A DNA stretch of 46,803 nucleotides from a virus (IMGVR_UViG_3300012990_000005:1-46803), one strand, 5' to 3'; shown: positions 25,701 to 34,806, counted from the stretch's first letter. Notes: generated from the letters alone by a model not told the origin. A program made the numbers and translations.

Positions 25701-27051
25701 TTGGTTTTCCAGTGATTGGATCACGGAAATCATCAAGCTGCTTAGTCATGTGCTCAGAGAAAGACAGGATATGAGAAGCTGTGTAGGCACTAATCGCCCC
25801 TGCGGCCGGGCCTCCTGCCACTGTCCCTGCTAAAGCTGATCCCATGATCGCAGCCGTAGAACCTTGTGACTGTGCCATCACTTGCATAGCAGGCTCAGGA
25901 AACTTAGATACTGCTTTAAGTTTATCTATGAGTCCGGCGTTTTTATCGAAGAATAATTTTTGGAAAGATTGCGATGCCTTCGATGTTAAAGCGTTGGCCT
26001 GTCTTTCTTCGTCGATCTGAGAAAGAATATTTGATGCTTCTGACTTACTTAAATGTCCCGTCATCATTCCTAGATAAGTAAGACTTTCTTTTATCATTAA
26101 TGGGTTTTGGGCTAATGCTTTTTCCCAATCACCTCTTGTATCTGGATTTAACTTCCTAGCTGCGGTTACAGTCTTTGGGGCCCAATTGCCAGACTCTCTA
26201 AGCATCACGTAGTTATTAGGATCGCGGTCTACCCACTCAGCGACTTCAGGGAAGTTCTCAGCGATAAGAGCATGGCCCTGTTCCGCGACTACATCTTTAA
26301 ATGGTTTTAAAGCAAGACGATCTCTTGCCTCTTGATATGACATTCCATATTGATCTGATAATCTTTTAGCTTCATTATGACGAGTGACTTCTTCGACGTT
26401 GGCAATTACTGAAGCGTCCGAGAGTCCTTGCTTTCTACGTTCAGGATCGGCTTCTTGAGCAAGCTCAAAGTTTCCTTCCTCAACTTCCTTAATGGCATTG
26501 GCCACTAAATCCGGCTGATCTTGAGGGGCATCGACTTCTGCTATGGCCTGATCTAAAAGAGCGTCTATGCCTACGTTTGAACTTGAAGCTGCTTGTGCTG
26601 ACTTAAGTTGATCCCACATAGCTTTACGCTTCTGAACTCTTTTCTTTAGCACATCTACTTCGACTTTCATGCCAAGCTTTTTATCAAACGCTTTTGTATA
26701 TGATAAAAGTTCTTGAGAGGCTTCTGCATCTTTTCTTGCATTAACTAGGTCGATGAAGTTCTTCATTCCGCCCGGGCCAAGATTGTAGTGCATATCAACT
26801 AAAGCATCTTGCTGACCTTGAGTTAAATCTTCTCTCTTAACTGTAGAAGATAAGAAGTCTTCTGCTTCTTTAACTCGAAGGCGCATATCACTATCTGCCT
26901 TCTCGCGAGTAACTACTTCATTAGGGTTAGTTGTTTGTTTCCCGAAACCTACTGCCAGTTTACCTGTATTTAAATCTGGTTGAGCTTTTTCTACAAACCC
27001 TTCTTCATTACGTAAGAAATCATAAAACCCTTCTGATGCTTTAATTCCCAC
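19720..27051 (-). CDS. Large internal virion (ejection) polyvalent protein: lysozyme, ADP-ribosyltransferase-like and zincin domains
   Basis: N-terminal EEG..D...GFG, QQDALVDMHYNLG; AFHGSPHDFDRF..IGTGEGAQAYGYGLYFS; TIIHEFGH...HETFAR; 2443 aa in the T7 gp16-equivalent position. Confidence 0.85.
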   Translation of the reverse strand: MGIKASEGFYDFLRNEEGFVEKAQPDLNTGKLAVGFGKQTTNPNEVVTREKADSDMRLRVKEAEDFLSSTVKREDLTQGQQDALVDMHYNLGPGGMKNFIDLVNARKDAEASQELLSYTKAFDKKLGMKVEVDVLKKRVQKRKAMWDQLKSAQAASSSNVGIDALLDQAIAEVDAPQDQPDLVANAIKEVEEGNFELAQEADPERRKQGLSDASVIANVEEVTRHNEAKRLSDQYGMSYQEARDRLALKPFKDVVAEQGHALIAENFPEVAEWVDRDPNNYVMLRESGNWAPKTVTAARKLNPDTRGDWEKALAQNPLMIKESLTYLGMMTGHLSKSEASNILSQIDEERQANALTSKASQSFQKLFFDKNAGLIDKLKAVSKFPEPAMQVMAQSQGSTAAIMGSALAGTVAGGPAAGAISAYTASHILSFSEHMTKQLDDFRDPITGKPNIDLAFSDPARVQKWIREADIYGLTMGVSDALFSLVGGKLGNGVSKHVMKKPGVAQKVVTAGVEVGGKAVEEGASQIAALQAVDLHRGDGLKNLEENYKEGLDEAILSTGPAAGMTGIKYGAIKTAQILSKASKANEDLAAVSELRAQIEKNPEVKNNPEATKELIKQALNKKPVSENPNDPIIDDPESIEPSVEQEIVREANTDVVRISPVELEAHFGSRDEAMKFVIEKLPPSLRAEYAQARESDTSIAIPISDWIFITEDRPELDAVARFNGNEYNGLEANAQIEMVEKKPTVFFDRTAFHGSPHDFDRFREGAIGTGEGAQAYGYGLYFSTDPNVAEWYRKSLIKADTVPGEVYKIFEDNNFFGFDSHVEALSAFRQDDNWEKTWDAESLPAEQIKTIQEYVDKTKNRKKGQVFEVKLPKGLWVDLDSTLDSVPPEIEKSIRDSLIEAGISDKGETEPSTWGMVGTYNPQPEYFKKFLKGEPINKEFVTLGLLLSSLTHEQDKKFAITLTAKGFNGITYKGLESGKQNFVVFTEDDVKIVKKFYERAEGNDAAPNEDGGTIEIIEADPNDPQNLKLRPVQLYNKFRSDEEKKVFFSILSRLKRSLPKDTDEQMIEAWTEIQFGRMQHRATLINRPFTEVAKQLKIGKTTGKSKLEAYGTFSALPKKDAPYTVAFTFDGENKADVKTIIHEFGHSYLHEMAIDYEYVSAIPEESMTEQQRAYLDSMRIAAEAFGLDSIDQLLNMDPVQEERIHETFARTAELYFLEGKLENTAMARLLSDFRKYVVAVIERIKSIFNTSVYPPLKITPKIERMFEGILGASNALEEQSYPMFPEPLFSADMLGKDGQKYIELIKDARSEALGRGYTKIWNKSIREREVLIDKELDRITQEATDEVDSRRAMLMLAQFKDAYNEFRTDPEGNTPDPRLSFDSVLKVLCNNDMALAEKIKELVPREMMTGKKKGGLPVEAFMQMNGITSPNEMLDLLTETAQRDSMIEELIDQKIKTEFPTIKTEDEIHEVVVNELQRKGKERLLLEEVKILMTKFPGKYKALIEKLINPPAYVGAPSKEAFKAEGNRMVLDAGAFKFTAKKYLDDMGRHGRDAARSFRKNNIMEALDSKMKEALHFFAYKTAVKAQKAIAQTTARIKTFDKYARSKDLARRYDTDVMSFGKQIIQLAAIGQRLPRLERSDVSELSGITDDMIELVNSRLNNYERVAAGRYGRNASVAGYVSLGGVLKTIQSVARQSKEIELGERRENIVNIAEAIENEIKDGNVVDVSSETLSGKLRRDTLNLRSVFESLYPSPEAFAKSALGKVFYKVVDSEAVRTLALMGYRDRLSALMKEASIDRGIIAPLVTRLPVPSTWKMDYVDKSSRPIIAKELGDNGFIFKNRGELHMAMLLMGSESGAKKFLLGHGIAKFNQETLAMEPDYASWNTFVERMISEGNLTKKDFDMYNGIWAIFEEIHPLVKKAMRRSDHFNMGKIEAWEVKNSLGTFTGGYVPVAGLQDIMTAGKIDSMMNVDSMGYSVNELYPNMNTGMTNERDENYGPLNLDMSRISSYLSASLNLAYLRNPLLDFGKVIESEPVRRALETRRPGIIGNAKEGIIVRWFNAVKMQEYTEYKDGFHQSMARHLRNNVNTAMYLGGFLSVVKQYFGYLPAAARLDKKGFGVMGLGRLIAANVKTGMGARKESRKFMTDRSPVMRARMSDSQEMMVRSFEKINTNFDWISWTAEKVNDFRWFFIQMTQNQVDVCTWHAAYELGKEKGLSEQDAVHYADDMVNASQSSPDVSSMSNISRGDDLHKLLMMVTSVPIAMHNLMQVETMRDQSRANKIKAVLVIGMLAWIVPNLIDGMFAESTKEDDEEDEDEALARKMKAMTTRAALGSIDTALPFPLVRMVTSSIQFGSGSASPGLSKPVNSVAKSIQASKNISKGVDLSAKDIAGLMDTITITTGLPTSLIGKMVGWGENLKSDEQKEDEAYMRKEQQTLARMEE

Positions 27052-27062
27052 AAACTCCCCTC

Positions 27063-28730
27063 TTATTTAACCTGTGGACGAGAAACGTCTACGCCTTGAT
27101 CTATTAGTTTTTTAATGACGATATTCTTTTGAAGCTCCGTTAAGTTCGGTCTTTTCTTTTGGATCTCATTGAGCCAGTAAGGATGAACCGTCGGAGAGTC
27201 ATCCGGTGCTAGGTTATCGTTTACTTTTTCTTTGACCGATCCTGTAAATGGTACGTCCATCCCAAAGAAATTCATTGGAGGTTTAACTACTTGAACTTTC
27301 CCTTTTTCACGAAGAAGACTTCTCACTCTTACGTCGAGTTCTTCTGATGAAATTTTAGGATTGAAAGACATGATACGATTCACTTCATCCATGGCTGCGA
27401 GTTCTAGCTTACCCCTCTCTTGGCCGTAAACTCTGTTAGCTTTGGCCCAAGACTCTACAGAATTTTGTACAATCTTGAACGCCTGTTGATGGACACGTCG
27501 AGCCTCTTGGTTATCTTTGGTCTTCAGTCCTAGATACATGGCCTCAATTGGCTTCATATCGCTAGGAGAGATTTTACCTCGATAAGACTCGAGAAGATCA
27601 TCCGGAAGCTGGTTGGCACTATAAGCGTTTGAAATACGCTCGGTGAGTTCGGTTACTGCATTAAAGTCAGTCGCGATGGTCTTGCCTCCCTTGGTCTTGT
27701 TGTACCAATCAACCATCTTATTACGTTCTTCACCCGGCTCCATTTGATAAATTAGTTGTTGGACATCACGTCCAAGCGCAGCCTGCTTGTATACCTCGGA
27801 TTCAATAGCTTTAACTCTTATTTCTTTTTCAGTCTTCTTAGCGGTCAGCTTCATATCATAGAAAGCTTTCGCTGCTCTTAGAACCTTATCGTTCCTTGAT
27901 GCTCCTTCAAGAAACGCCTGTGCTTGAGTAGGAGAGTCTTCATAATCGACAAAGGCTTTAGTTGCTAGATCAGAAGCTTCCTTAGTGCCAAGATCATCTC
28001 TTGCTTGATCCATTAGCTTAATAGCTTTAACTCTGTCAGCAGGACTAAGCTCATGGCCATAGTTATCGAATAGTCCTTGAGCATGATCAAACCTTCCTAA
28101 GAAAGCTTGTTGCTCAATTGATCTGCGAATTGTTTCTGAAGTAACTCTTGATACCGCTGCATCTACAAGTTCAGGATCATCGCCGAATTGTCTGCGTGCC
28201 ACTCTTGCGGCTGCGACCTTAACTTTAGGTATGGCCTCAAAAGAAAACTCTTCTGGATTAGCTGAACTCTCAATAGCTTCATTAACTGAGTTCGCTGTGA
28301 AAGTTTTTTCCGATTCAGTATTTGCCTTATTAACTTCCCCAAGAGTATGAGGGATCGCAAACTTATTATATTTGTTTAATTTCTTTTGGTAGACATTCTC
28401 AATATAAGGATGGAACTGTTCAGGAATCTTCGACTTTCTTTTCTCTAATTGCCTTTGAAGCTTCTCTCTTATAGTTATTGATTTATCGAGAGCGTTTAAT
28501 CCGGATGCTTGAGCTAGTTCTGCCCTTGCAGTTATAACATCAAACTCGGCATCATTATCTGCCATGGTTTTAACAGTCTCAAGTTGAGCTTTCCTCATCT
28601 CCTCGACTACACTTGAAGTCGTCTTAAGGAAAGTTTTATCGATCTCCGGAGCGACTGCACCTTGGAATCTAACTGATCCTTGCCTTTGAATATTTACTTT
28701 GGCCATTTCTTGCGGCGATCTTAGTCCCAT
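27063..28730 (-). CDS. Internal virion (ejection) protein, T7 gp15-equivalent
   Basis: 555-aa helical protein; synteny. Confidence 0.65.
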   Translation of the reverse strand: MGLRSPQEMAKVNIQRQGSVRFQGAVAPEIDKTFLKTTSSVVEEMRKAQLETVKTMADNDAEFDVITARAELAQASGLNALDKSITIREKLQRQLEKRKSKIPEQFHPYIENVYQKKLNKYNKFAIPHTLGEVNKANTESEKTFTANSVNEAIESSANPEEFSFEAIPKVKVAAARVARRQFGDDPELVDAAVSRVTSETIRRSIEQQAFLGRFDHAQGLFDNYGHELSPADRVKAIKLMDQARDDLGTKEASDLATKAFVDYEDSPTQAQAFLEGASRNDKVLRAAKAFYDMKLTAKKTEKEIRVKAIESEVYKQAALGRDVQQLIYQMEPGEERNKMVDWYNKTKGGKTIATDFNAVTELTERISNAYSANQLPDDLLESYRGKISPSDMKPIEAMYLGLKTKDNQEARRVHQQAFKIVQNSVESWAKANRVYGQERGKLELAAMDEVNRIMSFNPKISSEELDVRVRSLLREKGKVQVVKPPMNFFGMDVPFTGSVKEKVNDNLAPDDSPTVHPYWLNEIQKKRPNLTELQKNIVIKKLIDQGVDVSRPQVK

Positions 28731-29530
28731 TATAACACCGCCAGTTGAACTGCTGTATTAAGCATAGATCCGCTAACAGCATTTCTACTATTAGTTCCTG
28801 CTTGCGCGACTTGATAATTATACGCTTCCTCTTCGAGTCTATATCCTAGTGCCTCTCTGTAAGCGTTCAGCATCTCTCTTGCTCCCATCTCGTACCCCAT
28901 GGCCTCATAAGACCCTTGAACCTTTTGAGCCCCTGCGCCAGACACATCTTGTCCCTGCGCCGCTAATGCCAAAAGAGCGTCTTGACCAGCGTTATACCCT
29001 TCTGATTGTGAATCAAGTTGCGCCTGTCGTCCACGATATATCGCATCTGAAGCTTGATTTCTTGCTAACATGATATTAATTTGCGCTTGACCCTTTGCGG
29101 CTTGATATGCGCTGTCAGCATTTACAATATCGATGACGAAGTTACTAACAGCTATTGCCTTCTGAGCGTTGGCCCAATTGGTATATTGCTTTTCATTAGC
29201 TGCGATTAGCTTCTCCGTTTCCGTCATAGGAGCAGGAGGGACTTTAGCATCGGTAGGCATTGATAAGCCTTTACCTGCATCAAATACTTGTGAGTCTTCA
29301 TTTTTTAAAATACTAGATGTTGTAGGTTTAGGAGGCCCTACGAATTCTTTCTTTGTTACTGTTGTATCTTCATAGTCCACGTCTAAAGGGGCCGCATTGA
29401 CCTTTGTAACAGGCTTATATTTTACTTTTGTATTTGGTCTAGTGACGTAGTTAGGCAAAGCTCCTTGCCCTTTAATACCAAAGACCTCGTTTGAGTTGTT
29501 TACATTCCCGTCTTTATCAAAAAGTGCCAT
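28730..29530 (-). CDS. Internal virion (ejection) protein, T7 gp14-equivalent
   Basis: A/Q/G-rich C-half (ARNQASDAIYRG...AAQGQDVSG); synteny. Confidence 0.7.
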   Translation of the reverse strand: MALFDKDGNVNNSNEVFGIKGQGALPNYVTRPNTKVKYKPVTKVNAAPLDVDYEDTTVTKKEFVGPPKPTTSSILKNEDSQVFDAGKGLSMPTDAKVPPAPMTETEKLIAANEKQYTNWANAQKAIAVSNFVIDIVNADSAYQAAKGQAQINIMLARNQASDAIYRGRQAQLDSQSEGYNAGQDALLALAAQGQDVSGAGAQKVQGSYEAMGYEMGAREMLNAYREALGYRLEEEAYNYQVAQAGTNSRNAVSGSMLNTAVQLAVL

Positions 29531-29533
29531 AAA

Positions 29534-32173
29534 TTAATCCCCCGCTGTACCTTTAGGATAGATCGAAACTACAGTCATGGGAACAGGGTCGACGTTTTTA
29601 ATTGCGACTTTCCCATGCTTAGTCCACTCTGAAGGTATTAATGGCTCGTAGTATCCATTAATGTTACTCTTCACTTGAGATATATCTCCGTCCTCTCTGA
29701 AAACAAATTCTTCCATCTCTTCAATGTCTCTGTCTGGAACTCCGGCAAATCCACCTCGAGTCTCTAAAAGCCCTAGACCTATTCCTGAAATTAATTTCTT
29801 CGAGTTCGTAAGAGTTCTATTGTCGCCTGTCTCAATGTCCAAAGTTTCCATCTCTGATTCAAATGGAAGGCCTATGTACCCATAAGCATAATAGTCCTCA
29901 AGGTCTACATAATACAGTGAAAGGTCTGAATCATACTGAGTGTAAAATGTTGGTTTATTCGGGTTTAACGGCGACGATAATACTACTCCATCTGCCATAA
30001 CCGATACGGCCAGAGGCTCTTCTGAAAGTTTTAAAATCTCTGCGTGTTCGGCCGATAGGTATGCTTTAGTCGTAGCAGGACACCAGTTGCTTGTCTGGTA
30101 TCTTTCCTCTTCTTCCGATAGACCCATGGCTTTTATATCTCTTAACTCTTCAGGAACTTCTACGTTTATACTAGCAGTATAAGCATCTGGATAATCTGTA
30201 TCCCCTGAAGCTCCGGCCGAAGTTAGCTCCGTCATAAGGAACTGCTGACCTTCACCATAGTAGAAAATTAAATCAGTAGGCATCGGGTCGCCATCGACGT
30301 TATTTACATGAACTGTAATTTCACCACTATCCCATGTCTGTTCAGGTATATTTATGTAAATACTTGTGAAGTAAAACCTTCCCGAAATCTTTACCCACCC
30401 ATGAGTTCCGTTCCTTGCTTTCCTCCAACCAAAACGGCTAAAGCTATCTGCAAAGAATTCTCCTTCTTTAGTTTTGTCGTTTCTCACTTCTAATTGCTCA
30501 ACACACCTAAAACCGTTTTTGATTACATAGGCAAATAGCACATCGTAGTATCTATCAAACTCATCGTTTGAAAATTGATGAACGTACTCTCTTTGAGCTT
30601 TACCTTTATAAATGCTTTCAACGTACCCTTCAGTTTCTACTTCAGAGAATCCGTGAACACCTTCCTCAGAACAAGTCACTCTTACAAGCTTCCCATCCCT
30701 TCGACATAAGTAAACCGTATCCTCTTCTCCTGAAATAACTTCTAATGTATGAACGCCTTCATAAAGAAGGTGGTCGGATAATAAAGAAGCTTCAAATACC
30801 TCGAGGTTTCCATCATTAGAAAAAACAATCCCCATGAGCTTTGTGTGGGCTGCATTTATAAAGTATCCTCTACGTCCGGCCATCTTAGGCTCAACCGTAC
30901 TTGAACACCCTTCATCGCTTATAAGAAGTGGGTTAATCGTCGTTGGAGTAAGAACGCCTTGCTCTCCCCCTCGAACTACATAAACTCCTTTCTCAGTGAA
31001 TATTATAAGCCTATCCATTGATAGTGCGGCCACTGGATCAGTCCCGTCGTTGACAGGTATAGAAAATTGAAAACTTCCTGTATTGCTGTAAATTATTGGA
31101 GCTTTAATCTGAAAAGGGCCACCAAGCTTCGAGGCTATCATATCCCCTGCTTTAAGGTTATCCGAAAGCCCTGACTCCATACCCACGATCAATCTCTGCT
31201 GATAGTATGAAGAAAATTTTGCTCCTCTGAAAACACCGTCAATATACATTGAGCTATCTAAAGGTGGAGTTATAGAAGGGTCGTCTTGGCCATAATCGTG
31301 AAAGGTTATCGAAGTAGCAAGCCCGTTATAAGGGGATCTTCCTGCCAATTTATAAAAAGATGAACCTATGCCTGCTGCCCCTGCTGCTCTGTAAAGCTGA
31401 AAAGACTTAACGGTAGGAGCTGCCCCTGATAAAGTAAGAGTTAAATTTACTGATAACTGAGAGTGAGGATGGACTAGATTACCTACAGGTGCAACCGTCG
31501 AGTTCCATGCTGACGTATATCCTGTAGTTTCAGCATTAGTAACCACGCACTCTCTTCCATCTGTAAAAGTCGCGGTGACTAAATATGAAACAGGAAGGAA
31601 GGGAGCTACCCCTGATATAAAACCTGTAAAACTTGATGCCACTACTAAATATTCACCTAAAGGATTAACTGCATAATCTTTATCTATAATTGCGTTGAAT
31701 GTTTCTGTAGTGTCCGGAGGGTAAAAATCGGTAGGGAATTGTTTTATAATTTCCGGAGTTACAAAAATGTTATCTTTAACAACCGTAAATCTTACCTTAT
31801 GGGGTTCAGTAGGTGAGGTTATCCAAGCAGGATCTCCGGCGGCAGGCAAAACGATCTCAACACCATCGACGTAGAACGCGTACCCACCTCCTGATCTCTT
31901 AGCATACTCTAAAGTCTTCCAAGCTTGATCTTCAACTGACCAGAAAACAAAACCCTTAATCTTAGGGTCATCGCCTTTTGATGGAATATCGACCTGATTC
32001 AAGTGCTTCTTAATGAACTTAAAACCTGAACGATTACTTACACCGCCAGACCTTTTAACAAACATATTTTTCAGTTTTGAAAGACCGTTAGCGTGCGAGA
32101 CTAGATCGCTTCTAAAACGCTGAGAGGAAGATACTTCACCGTATTGAAAAGATAATTGTTTTCCTGATGCCAT
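29534..32173 (-). CDS. Tail tubular protein B (nozzle)
   Basis: QLSFQYGEVS..RSDL..LKNMFV..GGV.NRSG; YYQQRL; YIGLPFES; PVPMTVVSI. Confidence 0.88.
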   Translation of the reverse strand: MASGKQLSFQYGEVSSSQRFRSDLVSHANGLSKLKNMFVKRSGGVSNRSGFKFIKKHLNQVDIPSKGDDPKIKGFVFWSVEDQAWKTLEYAKRSGGGYAFYVDGVEIVLPAAGDPAWITSPTEPHKVRFTVVKDNIFVTPEIIKQFPTDFYPPDTTETFNAIIDKDYAVNPLGEYLVVASSFTGFISGVAPFLPVSYLVTATFTDGRECVVTNAETTGYTSAWNSTVAPVGNLVHPHSQLSVNLTLTLSGAAPTVKSFQLYRAAGAAGIGSSFYKLAGRSPYNGLATSITFHDYGQDDPSITPPLDSSMYIDGVFRGAKFSSYYQQRLIVGMESGLSDNLKAGDMIASKLGGPFQIKAPIIYSNTGSFQFSIPVNDGTDPVAALSMDRLIIFTEKGVYVVRGGEQGVLTPTTINPLLISDEGCSSTVEPKMAGRRGYFINAAHTKLMGIVFSNDGNLEVFEASLLSDHLLYEGVHTLEVISGEEDTVYLCRRDGKLVRVTCSEEGVHGFSEVETEGYVESIYKGKAQREYVHQFSNDEFDRYYDVLFAYVIKNGFRCVEQLEVRNDKTKEGEFFADSFSRFGWRKARNGTHGWVKISGRFYFTSIYINIPEQTWDSGEITVHVNNVDGDPMPTDLIFYYGEGQQFLMTELTSAGASGDTDYPDAYTASINVEVPEELRDIKAMGLSEEEERYQTSNWCPATTKAYLSAEHAEILKLSEEPLAVSVMADGVVLSSPLNPNKPTFYTQYDSDLSLYYVDLEDYYAYGYIGLPFESEMETLDIETGDNRTLTNSKKLISGIGLGLLETRGGFAGVPDRDIEEMEEFVFREDGDISQVKSNINGYYEPLIPSEWTKHGKVAIKNVDPVPMTVVSIYPKGTAGD

Positions 32174-32178
32174 AGACC

Positions 32179-32802
32179 TTATATTTGCCTACAGCTTATA
32201 AATGGAGTAGGCGAATCCTCTTGTTGTGGTTCCATCCCAAGATCGTCAGCGATTGCCAATGTGATCTCGTTCCTCGAGGTCATCATAAGCTCTTGCTTAA
32301 TCTTAGGGAAGTTCGCTGTTATTAATGAAGGAGCTATGTCCAATGCCAATAAATGTGACAGCCCAAACGCAAAATGAGCAGGGAAAGAATAATCCTCATC
32401 GACTCTTAAAGTATATTCAATGTGAGCGTTCGGAACATTCGAATAGATTACGCTATTTCCTGCACCGTTATAAACGTGACGAAACTTTGCCTTCTCTTTT
32501 TCATATTGTTTAAGAGTTGGAAAGTATCCATCCATAGCTATTATTCGAGGTACTAGACAATCGTTTGGAAGGTTGTAAGCAAACTGATAGCTAAGAACAG
32601 GAGTCTCTTCTCGAAGGTTTAAAACCCCAAAGTGAGTCGCAAAACCCCATTCATGCTTCATGAGCATACGATCAAGAGTTGATCTGAAATGCCTACGAAT
32701 TACTTTTGCTTGAACTGTATTCTCAGTAGAGAGATCGAGGACAGTTTGGGATAAACCGAGATGGCCAAGAGCGAGTTGTGCTATATCTGATTTGGTAAGC
32801 AT
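32179..32802 (-). CDS. Tail tubular protein A (head-tail adaptor)
   Basis: DIAQLALGHLG...HEWGFA...YQFAYNLPNDCL...FPAHFAFGLSHLLA. Confidence 0.88.
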   Translation of the reverse strand: MLTKSDIAQLALGHLGLSQTVLDLSTENTVQAKVIRRHFRSTLDRMLMKHEWGFATHFGVLNLREETPVLSYQFAYNLPNDCLVPRIIAMDGYFPTLKQYEKEKAKFRHVYNGAGNSVIYSNVPNAHIEYTLRVDEDYSFPAHFAFGLSHLLALDIAPSLITANFPKIKQELMMTSRNEITLAIADDLGMEPQQEDSPTPFISCRQI

Positions 32803-32828
32803 ATTCCCTCCTGACCATCGAGGTTAAA

Positions 32829-33134
32829 TTAGTTAAGTGGTGGTAAAGCAGGAGCAGCTACAGAAGCATCGACTTCCTTAACCTCCGCTTTCTTTTCTAC
32901 CTTTTTAGCTTCAGCGAGTTTCTTCTTAGCATGTTCAGCTTTCACTTTTTCAAGATCAAACTTCTCATCTACGACTTCCGCCCAAAGAGGGAGTTGTCCT
33001 GCACGGTTAAGACCACCTTCATAAAGGAACTCTTCACCATCTTGGATAATTTTCCCACCATAATAGCCCGGTGAAAATGCTTTCATTTTAACTTTAACGT
33101 AAATAACTTCTTGTTTCTGAACTGGCTTTTTCAT
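32829..33134 (-). CDS. Hypothetical protein (virion-associated?)
   Basis: GAGGAG RBS; GYYGGKIIQDGEEF...PLW followed by a K/E/A-rich tail. Confidence 0.7.
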   Translation of the reverse strand: MKKPVQKQEVIYVKVKMKAFSPGYYGGKIIQDGEEFLYEGGLNRAGQLPLWAEVVDEKFDLEKVKAEHAKKKLAEAKKVEKKAEVKEVDASVAAPALPPLN

Positions 33135-33151
33135 TACTCATCTCCTCTAAT

Positions 33152-33189
33152 AAAAAAGGGAAGGTGGTTTCTAACCCTTGCCTTCCCTT
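33152..33189 (-). terminator. Intrinsic terminator after the capsid and cement genes
   Basis: On -: AAGGGAAGG...CCTTCCC followed by TTTTTT. Confidence 0.75.
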
Positions 33190-33214
33190 CTATGTAAATC
33201 AACTAATACTTAGA

Positions 33215-33637
33215 TTAAACATCACCGCTTGCATCAAGTACGATACCGGCAGTAATTTTTCCGGCAGTTGCGTTCGACCCGTTTACATCGTAATAGATAC
33301 GAACATAACGCTCTTTGATGATCGGAAGTTGACGGAAAGGAACTTTGAACCCTGCGATCAATTCTGCTACAGGAACAGTGATTGCAAGAAGCTCTTTAGC
33401 TGAAGAAAATCCGTCGTTATCGTCAGACTGAATTGCAATCTTAAGGGAAGTAAGAGTCGCAAAGTTCTCTACTACTTGAATAAGAAGAGGGATTTTCTTA
33501 TGACCAACATTGTGCTTAAGCTGTGCGCCTAGGTGAGGAGTAATCCCCAAGGCCCCAAGATCAATCACGTTGGTAGAAGCAGCATCAGCAGTTATGGCCT
33601 GTGCTTCAGAGAATAATAAGCTTTTGTCTAAAACCAT
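33215..33637 (-). CDS. Capsid cement/decoration protein (BPP-1 Bbp16-like)
   Basis: LDKSLLFSEAQAITADAASTNVIDLG...RYVRIYYDV.G..TAGKITAGIV. Confidence 0.88.
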   Translation of the reverse strand: MVLDKSLLFSEAQAITADAASTNVIDLGALGITPHLGAQLKHNVGHKKIPLLIQVVENFATLTSLKIAIQSDDNDGFSSAKELLAITVPVAELIAGFKVPFRQLPIIKERYVRIYYDVNGSNATAGKITAGIVLDASGDV

Positions 33638-33689
33638 TGGAGTATCTCCGGTTACTTGTTTAATTTAATATCTAAGGCCCGGTAGTCTA

Positions 33690-34709
33690 TTAGACTACAC
33701 GAGCTTCAGTGTTAAGGATCGCATCACATTCACGAATCGCGATACCACGAAAGTGAAGTTGTTCTTTAGCGTGAACACCAGACTCAGCAAAAGTTAAGAA
33801 CAAGTTCTTACCAGTTGTATTTCTACATTGATAGTCTAGGTATTTAACTAAAGTTGTATTCATATAAATGAAAGTTTTACCTTTCGCTACACGACGACCT
33901 TTGTGACGGTAGTACATCTCAGTCATAAGTTCTACAATGTCAGCACCGCCATCAGCAGCGTCAACCTTAAGATCAGAAACGTCGATGTTACAAACTCGAG
34001 CAACATATTGCCAGTTACGAACTGTAAGACCGAAGTGCCATCTGAACTCTTCACGGTAAGCCATGAAGCGTTTTCCGTCAGCGTCAGCTACAGCTATCTC
34101 GCCGCAATCTTTACGAGTCACACCCGCTTTAGTCCCTTTAGGGTAGATAAGGTGACAAGCAGTCTTATCCCAAGTGATCATCCAGATTGAAGTATTATCT
34201 GAACCTGTTCCTGCTCCGTCTACGATTTGTGACTTGTTCTCAGCGTTTGTTAAGTCCGAGAAACGTGGGCCAAAACCAGTAGGCTTCTTAGGGTCAGTTG
34301 CAGAGTTGTGGTAGAAAATTGCAGAAGCACCTTCTTGAGCCATGGCTTCCATGTGGCCTTCGCCCTCTTCAACCATAACAGATGCTTTATCCATAGCGTT
34401 TTGGAAATCATCAATTACTCGACAGTCTACTTCTACCGCAGATTCAACAAAACCAGTTGTATCTTTTACAACTTGTCTAGTCCCTTTAGTAGCAGCAATA
34501 CCTTGATAAAGCTGACCCCAAGCTACAGTCGGAAGACCTGTTCTAACAGTAGTCTTATGAGACGTACCATCGTTACACTCGAAAGCCGGAGCATCTTCGA
34601 GGATTGGGTTGTGGGCCGCAAGCATATCAATTACGTCTTTTACTTCTTTGTTATCAGGCATAGAAGCTAGATCGTAAAGCGTGATATAAGATGAATTTAA
34701 AGTTGCCAT
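33690..34709 (-). CDS. Major capsid protein (BPP-1 Bbp17 / epsilon15 gp7-like)
   Basis: NPILED..ECN..HKTTVRTGLP, GSDNTSIW, VRNWQYVARVCNID, FRGIAIRECDAILNTEARV. Confidence 0.93.
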   Translation of the reverse strand: MATLNSSYITLYDLASMPDNKEVKDVIDMLAAHNPILEDAPAFECNDGTSHKTTVRTGLPTVAWGQLYQGIAATKGTRQVVKDTTGFVESAVEVDCRVIDDFQNAMDKASVMVEEGEGHMEAMAQEGASAIFYHNSATDPKKPTGFGPRFSDLTNAENKSQIVDGAGTGSDNTSIWMITWDKTACHLIYPKGTKAGVTRKDCGEIAVADADGKRFMAYREEFRWHFGLTVRNWQYVARVCNIDVSDLKVDAADGGADIVELMTEMYYRHKGRRVAKGKTFIYMNTTLVKYLDYQCRNTTGKNLFLTFAESGVHAKEQLHFRGIAIRECDAILNTEARVV

Positions 34710-34727
34710 ATATTTTTTATCCTTTGC

Positions 34728-34786
34728 TAGATTAACCTAGTCAGACTACATACATTAAGCATCATTCTAGTTAATCTATGAGTCAA
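34728..34786 (-). promoter_or_regulatory. Putative capsid-operon promoter overlapped by an inverted repeat
   Basis: TTGACT(34786-34781)-N17-GATGCT; inverted repeat tagattaacctag(34728-34740)/ctagttaatcta(34767-34778). Confidence 0.5.
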
Positions 34787-34806
34787 CTACTTTTTTAAAA
34801 ATATTT

